Source: a virus
Virus record (IMG/VR): IMGVR_UViG_3300010388_000228
Location: 1-64,000 of that record
Length of the DNA: 64,000 nucleotides
Strand: one strand, 5' to 3'
Each line of letters opens with the position of its first letter. Position 1 is the stretch's first letter. Positions 56,762 to 64,000 of the stretch are shown here, piece after piece. A program made the translations under genes and the position numbers. The notes beneath the pieces were generated by a model. It made no database searches and was not told the DNA's origin. It saw only the letters and a list, made by a program, of their open reading frames with translations.

Positions 56762-57532
56762 CTAACCTATGATAAACGAATAGCCAGTTCCTCCGGAAAT
56801 TTGTGTTTCAAGTTCTTTGTCAAGTGCAACTAATTCTTCTTTACCTGCAGTTTTTAAATCGTTGCCATTAAGTGTAATGCCGCCGCCTGGTCCTGCAATA
56901 GTCGAAAACAAACTACGTGCTTCTCCTAACATAATTTTACAAGTAGCTAGTGTATAATCACGTAACCACTGTTTAGCATATATATCAGATAACAACACAA
57001 AATCAGGTCGAAAGTTATGTGACTTAATTAAAATCTGTTCACCTTGTGCAAACGGACGTTGTAAAATTGTTAGTACGTGACTAGTTGGTTTCCATTTAAA
57101 TTCGATATAACTACCAAACATCTTACCGACTAATTTTTGATATCCTGAAAATAATTCATATGTAGCAAGTCCGCCCATCATACTTCCACTCATCATGTAT
57201 GTGTTAGTATATGCTAAGTTAAATGGTTCAAATAATGTACCACCTGCTCCTATTCCAGAACGTGAGCCAATTGCACGTCTAAAAACACTTTGTACTTCAA
57301 TAATTTCATCAGGCAACCGGTAATCGTTTTGATCTTGTACTAGTTCTAAAAAGCTATAGCTTTCTTCTACTGAATTTGGACTACGTTGTCTAAAGCGGTT
57401 TAATGCTCTGTCCAATGCAGTTTCGTAATGAATAGGATCTAAATCTAGATCAATCATCTGATCACCAAGCATAGCTTTAACGTAATCAAATACTTTGTTT
57501 CTTTCTATCAATGATGTTGTTTCGTCAGACAT
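56762..57532 (-). CDS. gp13: neck protein (gp13-like)
   Basis: LG...IDLDL, WLRDYTLA.CK..LGEAR..F....GPGG.ITLNG. Confidence 0.75.
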   Translation of the reverse strand: MSDETTSLIERNKVFDYVKAMLGDQMIDLDLDPIHYETALDRALNRFRQRSPNSVEESYSFLELVQDQNDYRLPDEIIEVQSVFRRAIGSRSGIGAGGTLFEPFNLAYTNTYMMSGSMMGGLATYELFSGYQKLVGKMFGSYIEFKWKPTSHVLTILQRPFAQGEQILIKSHNFRPDFVLLSDIYAKQWLRDYTLATCKIMLGEARSLFSTIAGPGGGITLNGNDLKTAGKEELVALDKELETQISGGTGYSFIIG

Positions 57533-57547
57533 AATAGTTCTCCTACT

Positions 57548-57569
57548 ATATTTATCGTAAGATAAATAT
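57548..57569. promoter_or_regulatory. back-to-back GATAAATA late promoters forming a palindrome
   Basis: atatttatc-gtaa-gataaatat between the divergent neck genes. Confidence 0.55.
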
Positions 57570-57593
57570 GATAACACCCAAGGAGAACACTAA

Positions 57594-59027
57594 ATGCCTA
57601 GACTTTCACTTTATCATCCTGAGAAAGGCAACAACTACAGATTTATCGATCGCCAAATATCACGGATGTTTCAAGTCGGATGCACTGACGTACATTTGCA
57701 TAAGTACCTTGGTCCTAAGATACAAGAAGAAGGAACTGCCGATCAACCAGTCTATCAAAATATTTCTGAAATTAATATACAAGATCTATTATTTTTAGAA
57801 AACCGAGATCGCAAATACGAATCAGAAGTATATCGTCTTAGAGGCCATTATCAAGTTCAAAATCTTGATTTTAATTTAAGTCAATTTGGTTTATTCATTG
57901 ACAACGATACTGTAATTATGACAGTACATATTAATGATTTTATCGAAGCAATTGGCCGTAAGCCACTAGACGGTGATGTAATCGAATTGCCTCACTTACG
58001 TGATGATTTTTCATTAAATGATTATGATGTTAGTGTTCCTCGATTTTTTGTTGTTGAAGATGTTGGTCGTGCTAGTGAAGGTTACAGCGCAACATGGTAT
58101 CCTCATTTATACAGATTAAAACTTAAAAAAATCGCAGACAGCCAACAATATTCTGACATTCTTGATCAACCAGCAAGTGAAGACTCTCCATTTGCACTAC
58201 GTGATTTATTAAGTACTCGCAAACGAGAATTAGAAATAAACGATGCAATCGTTGCGCAAGCAGAAAGCGATGCACCAATGTGCGGTTATGAAACTCGACA
58301 ATTTTATACATTAGCAATTGATCCTACTACCGGTAGAACAGATCTAATTACAGTCGATTCTGATGTTTATACTGCAAATTACCAAAGCCAACTCATAAAT
58401 GGTGAATCTAATATTAACGCAAGCAGCCTTAATGCAGTACCGTTAAGAACAGGTTATACTGGATATTTAGTAGGTGACGGTTATCCGTTTAACGGGTACG
58501 TATTTGGACAAGGAATTGAGTTTCCAGTAAACGTTGCAAAAGATGACTTCTTCTTAAGACTTGATTTTGTTCCAAATCGATTATTTAGATACGACGGCCG
58601 CAAATGGCACAAGGTAGAAGACGCTATTAGAACAACACTAACTAATACCGATACTCGATTTACTAGACGAGTTAGCTTTATTAACAATAGTAACTTTACT
58701 TACAACGACGAAGTTGCAACTGATTATGTTAGAGTTAGTAATGAATTTACTGTAATTGATACCGACATTAACTTTAGTATAACTGCACCGTATATTGTAC
58801 TTACATACGAAACTAACAGATTAGAATTTGTTATTGCTGATTTTGATAATTTATTAGAAGAATATGATGTTAACGGTATTAGTAAAATTAGAGTTAACTT
58901 ACCAATAGTTGATAATTCTCAAGTTAAAATACCATATACAGGTGTATGGAGAATTAGCTTATTTACATATAGAGAAGCTCAAAGACAAGGTATTTCAAAA
59001 GTACTTAAACCCCGTGCTGATTTTTAA
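57594..59027 (+). CDS. gp14: neck/head-closure protein (gp14-like)
   Basis: DLLFLENRDRKY, LSQFGLFI, GRKP..GDVIELPH; context between gp13 and gp15. Confidence 0.65.
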   Translation: MPRLSLYHPEKGNNYRFIDRQISRMFQVGCTDVHLHKYLGPKIQEEGTADQPVYQNISEINIQDLLFLENRDRKYESEVYRLRGHYQVQNLDFNLSQFGLFIDNDTVIMTVHINDFIEAIGRKPLDGDVIELPHLRDDFSLNDYDVSVPRFFVVEDVGRASEGYSATWYPHLYRLKLKKIADSQQYSDILDQPASEDSPFALRDLLSTRKRELEINDAIVAQAESDAPMCGYETRQFYTLAIDPTTGRTDLITVDSDVYTANYQSQLINGESNINASSLNAVPLRTGYTGYLVGDGYPFNGYVFGQGIEFPVNVAKDDFFLRLDFVPNRLFRYDGRKWHKVEDAIRTTLTNTDTRFTRRVSFINNSNFTYNDEVATDYVRVSNEFTVIDTDINFSITAPYIVLTYETNRLEFVIADFDNLLEEYDVNGISKIRVNLPIVDNSQVKIPYTGVWRISLFTYREAQRQGISKVLKPRADF

Positions 59028-59071
59028 TCTCATAAGAAGTGCAGTACTAAATATTGATATAGGAGAAAGTA

Positions 59072-60565
59072 ATGCAACATTTTTATGACGGTGCTATACG
59101 CAAGTATATTACCCAAACAATTAGACTCTTTAGTGAGTTTTCAGTTCGATATGGTGATGGATCTTTGCATCGAGTACCAGTAGCATACGGTGATGCAGAT
59201 AGACAGGCAGTAAATATCGTTCGTCAAAACTCAGAAAACGCCCTTAACTCAGTTCCAAAAATAAGTGTATATATTCATACCTTAGAGTTAGATAAAGATC
59301 GATTATCTGATTCATCGTTTGTAAGTAAAGTAGCAGTACGTGAGCGTGATGTACAACCAGATGCATCTGGTAACCTTAAGTATACTTCTAATCGAGGAAG
59401 AAACTATACTATTGAACGGTTAATGCCAACTCCGTTTAAACTAACATTAAAAGTTGATATATGGACTGCAAATACTGATCAAAAATTACAGTTAATGGAG
59501 CAAATCTTAATGTTGTTTAATCCTAGTTTAGATATTCAGACATCTGACAACTATCTAGATTGGACTAGTTTATCTGTAATTTATCTTGAAGGTATTAATT
59601 GGACAAGTAAAGCAATTCCTGTCGGTACTGACACTCCTATCGACATTGCAACATTAACGTTTTCTACACCAATATGGATTAGTCCTCCTGCTAAAGTTAA
59701 ACAGCTTGGTGTAATTACAAAAATTATTACTGGTATATTTGACGGTAATACTACATTAAGTGAACCAATTTTTGGTTCAGATTATTTAGATCCGTTATCA
59801 AAATTTACCGATGCAAGTGCAGCACTGTTAACTACTGTGCTTACTATTGTTGAAGATTTTTCAATTGAAGTATCTGATAATCAAGTAGTATTATTAGATT
59901 CGCATTATCACATACCATACGAAGAATCACAGTACGAAACTCCTGAAAGAAACGGGTTAGAAGTGAGTTGGGTTGAAATACTTGAAAAATATCCTAAAAA
60001 ATTTATACCTGGTTTTAGCAGAATAATTGTAACGCAATTAGGCGGAATTGAAATTGTAGGTACATTAACAGCAAATCCATTGAATGAAGCAATAATGGAC
60101 GTAGTATGGGATGCGGATACTCTAAATCGAAACACGTTAATTGATAGTCAAGGTTATTTAGATTCCGATGTTAATTATTTTAATTTGTCAACATGTCTTC
60201 GTGCATCGCCTGGAACATTTAATGCAATTATTAACCCGTACACCTTTAATCCGTACGAACAAGGCGAACTTTTAGTTCCAGGTATTCGATATTTAATTAT
60301 TGAAGATATTGGTTCTGATATTAATGAAAACGGCGCACTTGCATGGAAAGCAACAAATAATGATGATTTAATTGCACACGCTAATGATATTATTGAGTGG
60401 ACCGGTGAGAAATGGAATGTTATTTTTGATTCTCAAACCGAAACTGATACTATTATTTGGCAAACTAACTTAACAGGTGGTATTCAGTTTATGTGGAACG
60501 GTGTTGTGTGGACTAAAAGTTTTGAAGGGTTTTACAGGACAGGAAAATGGCGATTGGAGTTTTAA
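59072..60565 (+). CDS. gp15: tail terminator/sheath stabilizer (gp15-like)
   Basis: HFYDGAIRKY..F..F..VPVAYG, MPTPF.L....DIW..N.DQ.LQ.MEQI...FNP, IWISPP. Confidence 0.75.
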   Translation: MQHFYDGAIRKYITQTIRLFSEFSVRYGDGSLHRVPVAYGDADRQAVNIVRQNSENALNSVPKISVYIHTLELDKDRLSDSSFVSKVAVRERDVQPDASGNLKYTSNRGRNYTIERLMPTPFKLTLKVDIWTANTDQKLQLMEQILMLFNPSLDIQTSDNYLDWTSLSVIYLEGINWTSKAIPVGTDTPIDIATLTFSTPIWISPPAKVKQLGVITKIITGIFDGNTTLSEPIFGSDYLDPLSKFTDASAALLTTVLTIVEDFSIEVSDNQVVLLDSHYHIPYEESQYETPERNGLEVSWVEILEKYPKKFIPGFSRIIVTQLGGIEIVGTLTANPLNEAIMDVVWDADTLNRNTLIDSQGYLDSDVNYFNLSTCLRASPGTFNAIINPYTFNPYEQGELLVPGIRYLIIEDIGSDINENGALAWKATNNDDLIAHANDIIEWTGEKWNVIFDSQTETDTIIWQTNLTGGIQFMWNGVVWTKSFEGFYRTGKWRLEF

Positions 60566-60996
60566 AAGATCAAATTATATGTAGCGGTGCATTAATCTAT
60601 TCACAAGCTACACATAGATTCTTACTAATTCAAAAGTCGTCTGGCAAGCATCAAGGTACATGGGGACTAGTAGGTGGAACTAATTTAGTTAATGAAAATC
60701 CATGGCAAGGGTTAGTTAGAGAAATAGAAGAAGAGATTGGGTTTCTTCCAGACATTAAAAAAACACTACCGTTAGAAAAATTTGTATCTAACGATAGTGT
60801 CTTTAATTTTCATACATATTTTTGTTTAGTTAACAACGAATTTGTGCCAACATTAAGCGATGAACATATTGCCTGGGGTTGGTTTGATATAACTGTGTTA
60901 CCTAAACCAATTCATCGTGGCTTAAATCTTAGCTTGCGTAACAAAGTTATTCAAACTAAGATTCAAACATTAATCGATATTATTGACTCTTTATAA
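60547..60996 (+). CDS. NUDIX hydrolase
   Basis: WGLVGG.....E.......REIEEEIG Nudix box; LSDEH..WGW. Confidence 0.85.
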   Translation: MAIGVLKDQIICSGALIYSQATHRFLLIQKSSGKHQGTWGLVGGTNLVNENPWQGLVREIEEEIGFLPDIKKTLPLEKFVSNDSVFNFHTYFCLVNNEFVPTLSDEHIAWGWFDITVLPKPIHRGLNLSLRNKVIQTKIQTLIDIIDSL

Positions 60997-62470
60997 CAGA
61001 GTCAATCCACTGTTTATGATCTACAGATTGCTGCTCGATATATTTTTTAAGTTCTTTAATTTGTTGCGATGCACTAGCAGCATGATCGTATAGCCATCTA
61101 GATTTTAAAAAGTTTTCTAAATTATCAGTATTTTTAAATAATCCATACCCATATGCAATGCAATTAAAATCTGCAGACTCAAACATGTCTGCAGCAGTTT
61201 TATTAAAATTGTAAATAGTTAACGGAGTACTATCAATTAAGGTTATTATATCTTTAATTTCGTCTGGAGTATTATCAGTTAAATATTGCCAAAATGAAGA
61301 ATCTGTTCGGCCAGTATTATAAAAAAATCGTATATATTTAAACGTATTTTTATATATTGTAGTCATTACTGTGTTATAATGATTTATTATTTGAGTAGAT
61401 GTAATACCGTCAAACACCTTTGTAATTAAATCTATTTGTGTAAATGCATGATGTATGTTAGTTGCTTCGAGAGGTTCAACAAACCCACTCGACAATCCAA
61501 TTGCAACACAATTGCCTACCCAATGCTCTGCATTATATCCGCTCTTAAATTTAATAATACGATCAGACGTTAAATTAACATTGTATTTTTCTTTTAACCA
61601 TTTATCAAATTCAAATCGAGCCTCGTCATCTGTTGTAAATTTACTGCTATATACATACCCAGTACCATGTCGATTTGATAACGGCACATCAAGAATCCAC
61701 CCATTTTTAGTTGCCTCTGCAGTCGTATATGGCGGGATATAATCAAAATCCTTAAACAGAGGAAACGGTATTGCTCTATCGGTTGGTAACTGATCAGATA
61801 AATCAACCCAATCAACTGCTAAGTGTTTAAACAACACTTGGTCTAACCCGGATGCATCTATAAATAAGTCAGCTGAATATTCTTGCCTATTTGCTAATTT
61901 GATAGAGGTAATAGATCTATTAGTAACATGTACATCGGTGACATTTCCGTCGATAATTGTAATTTTATCTTGAAATACAAATTCGACATATTTACTAAGA
62001 AGACTTGCATCTACATGTAATGCATGTCGATATGATAAATTGTCAGTTGACGGTAATACGTTATTATTAAAATAAAATTTACCATAGGTATAACCAGAAT
62101 CGTATTGGTTATGTAAAATATCAAATGCGTCTACTGCATTAAAATCAACAAGTACCGGATTAACTAATGATAACGATTCGTTATGTGGAAAACTGTGAAA
62201 CCATTCGCTACCGTCGTGTGTCCAATTTTTAAACTTTAAACCAAGTTTAATCGTTGCATTACAATTTCGAATTAAATCAATTGTAGAAATACCCACTGTT
62301 TTTAAATAATTGTCAAATAGTGGCGTTAGACTCTCGCCTACGCCAATACCAGGTTTACTATGGTCGTATAGCATAGTAACATCAGCACGATCTCCCCAGT
62401 AAGATTTGAAATAGCTAGCAGCCATAGCACCGGCTGTTCCGCCACCGACTACAATAATTTTAAATGTCAT
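60980..62470 (-). CDS. tryptophan halogenase-family flavoprotein
   Basis: VVGGGTAG, IGVGES, ATIKLG, ADLFIDASG, GYVYSS, GFVEPLEAT. Confidence 0.85.
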   Translation of the reverse strand: MTFKIIVVGGGTAGAMAASYFKSYWGDRADVTMLYDHSKPGIGVGESLTPLFDNYLKTVGISTIDLIRNCNATIKLGLKFKNWTHDGSEWFHSFPHNESLSLVNPVLVDFNAVDAFDILHNQYDSGYTYGKFYFNNNVLPSTDNLSYRHALHVDASLLSKYVEFVFQDKITIIDGNVTDVHVTNRSITSIKLANRQEYSADLFIDASGLDQVLFKHLAVDWVDLSDQLPTDRAIPFPLFKDFDYIPPYTTAEATKNGWILDVPLSNRHGTGYVYSSKFTTDDEARFEFDKWLKEKYNVNLTSDRIIKFKSGYNAEHWVGNCVAIGLSSGFVEPLEATNIHHAFTQIDLITKVFDGITSTQIINHYNTVMTTIYKNTFKYIRFFYNTGRTDSSFWQYLTDNTPDEIKDIITLIDSTPLTIYNFNKTAADMFESADFNCIAYGYGLFKNTDNLENFLKSRWLYDHAASASQQIKELKKYIEQQSVDHKQWIDSVIKSQ

Positions 62471-63092
62471 AGTTATCCTCCTCTATAGTGTATGTAAAGT
62501 TTATAATCACTCGTCTATCAACATCATTAGGTGTTGCACTTGCATGATAATGTTCACCGTTAAAACCTAATAGTCTATTTCGACGCGGGGCTACCTTATG
62601 AAGTATAGTTTCGTTACCTAAAAAATTTTCTTTAAAATAACTAAAACTTGCATCTGCAAAGTCTTCATATTTTGACTTATCTAAATTAAAATCATACTTT
62701 TCATTATAAATTACAGTCGGTGAATCTGAATCAATCAGATATAAAATACCTACTTGATGCGGATCTGGCATATCGATATGAGGATCATTAACATATTGGC
62801 CTGTTGTTCTTGGTTGTAATACTATTCGAACTCGAATTATTTCTTTTACAGTATGTCCGAGTTTATCAATTAAGTCAAGAAGTATAGGCTGTAACATTTC
62901 ACCTATTTGATTATGTGGTTGACTGTTAGTAATTGGATAGTGTGTAAAATTAAACGGGTGCGGATTTGTGCTATTGAGTTTATCAAAAGAATACGTAATT
63001 GGGCTATAATGCCATGGAAAATCATAATCTAAAATTTTTCTTTCTAGCAATGCAATTATTGCAGGTGATACCGCATTATCGATTATTTTCAT
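62460..63092 (-). CDS. 2OG-Fe(II) oxygenase
   Basis: FPW, PHID, ILYL.DSD..T, HYHAS.TP..RRVIINF. Confidence 0.8.
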   Translation of the reverse strand: MKIIDNAVSPAIIALLERKILDYDFPWHYSPITYSFDKLNSTNPHPFNFTHYPITNSQPHNQIGEMLQPILLDLIDKLGHTVKEIIRVRIVLQPRTTGQYVNDPHIDMPDPHQVGILYLIDSDSPTVIYNEKYDFNLDKSKYEDFADASFSYFKENFLGNETILHKVAPRRNRLLGFNGEHYHASATPNDVDRRVIINFTYTIEEDNYDI

Positions 63093-63240
63093 AGAGTTGC
63101 TAACCTCACAAGTCCTGCAATGCTATTTGGTAGATTTACGTTGTAATTTAACATATAGTGTCTCCTTTTTTTACTTATCAGAATACTATGTTTGTGAAAA
63201 TCAATTCTGATAAGTAACTTCATATTAAAAAGGAATAACT

Positions 63241-64000
63241 ATGCCTAAAAAAATTGAAAAAGTAGTGATTGTAGGTGGTGGATCAGCTGGATGGATGAGT
63301 GCTGCTACATTGATTAATTTTTTTCCTAATAAACAAATTGTTGTTGTTGAAAGTCCAGATGTTCCTGCAGTAGGAGTCGGTGAAAGTACACTTGGTGGGA
63401 TACGACACTGGATGTATGCGTTAGGAATTAATGAAAAAGACTTCATGCAGTATACAAATGCATCTTATAAAATGAGTATTAAGTTTACTGATTTTTATAA
63501 TAAAGATGCTGGTTCGTTTCATTACCCATTCGGAAGTCCGAGATTATTTGATACTGAAACCGGATTAGCGGAATGGCAAGCAAAAAAAGCGTTGTATCCC
63601 GATACGCCAGTTGATGATTATTGTAGAAATTATTATTCAACAATGCCGTTAATCGAAAACAACAAATTTAGCAATAACGATAATGGTGAATTTGATACTT
63701 TTAGACCTGATCTAGATGTTGCGTATCATTTTGAAGCATCGTTATTTGCTAGTTGGTTACGTGACAAATATTGTATTCCCCGTGGAGTAATTCATATTTT
63801 AGAAAACGTATCTAACATTACTACATCAGACATTGGAATAGAAAGTTTAACATTAGCTAACGGTGATACTGTTATTGCCGATTTGTTTGTTGATTGTACT
63901 GGATGGAAAAGTATGTTGCTAGGGGATGCGCTTGATGAACCGTTTACTTCATACGAAGATATCCTTCCAAATAACCGAGCATGGGCAGTTCAAGTACCAT
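63241..64000 (+). CDS. second tryptophan halogenase-family flavoprotein (runs off the window end)
   Basis: AGGA RBS; MPKKIEKVVIVGGGSAGWMSAA, VGVGEST, ASYKMSIKF, AYHF, ADLFVDCTG. Confidence 0.85.
   Translation, partial: MPKKIEKVVIVGGGSAGWMSAATLINFFPNKQIVVVESPDVPAVGVGESTLGGIRHWMYALGINEKDFMQYTNASYKMSIKFTDFYNKDAGSFHYPFGSPRLFDTETGLAEWQAKKALYPDTPVDDYCRNYYSTMPLIENNKFSNNDNGEFDTFRPDLDVAYHFEASLFASWLRDKYCIPRGVIHILENVSNITTSDIGIESLTLANGDTVIADLFVDCTGWKSMLLGDALDEPFTSYEDILPNNRAWAVQVP

Noticed and set aside
20919-63446. Many short opposite-strand ORFs (e.g. 21715, 24159, 44203, 46424, 55134, 63225)
   Set aside because: They are antisense shadows of long, motif-bearing genes and have no RBS or recognisable motifs.
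1-64000. Stop-codon reassignment explaining the short ORFs
   Set aside because: Core genes are full length in the standard code, and the array units change frame at each junction, so read-through would not fuse them.

Overview
This window is part of a large, AT-rich tailed phage genome, most likely a jumbo myophage distantly related to T4, read in the standard genetic code. It has four zones. (1) 1-8.2 kb (+): a translationally coupled tandem array of 28 small paralogous ORFs. They share an MIE.AP...AWLYC...YDWRxPT...PVRD scaffold (DUF1566/Lcl C-type-lectin-like) with hypervariable interiors, and one 2OG-Fe(II) oxygenase gene interrupts the array. (2) 8.2-20.9 kb: an early/host-takeover-like region of short genes, most with their own near-consensus sigma70 promoter. 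Its intergenic DNA holds several repeated non-coding elements: three hairpins with identical anti-GGAGCG loops, five consensus CsrA/RsmA-type hairpins, a polar GRCCCCGCTG 10-mer, poly-C modules, a CTATAG cluster and a repeated promoter/palindrome cassette. (3) 20.9-29 kb (-): three paralogous PcfJ-like/helical-repeat proteins with a shared MKLRELYE N-terminus, probably virion-packaged. (4) 29-64 kb: core replication/recombination genes (helicase, primase, mini-DnaE, UvsW/Y/X, gp32, a GIY-YIG homing endonuclease) and morphogenesis genes (terminase, head completion, tube, sheath, neck), ending in NUDIX, 2OG oxygenase and two tryptophan-halogenase-family genes. All family assignments come from motif recognition by eye; no database searches were run.
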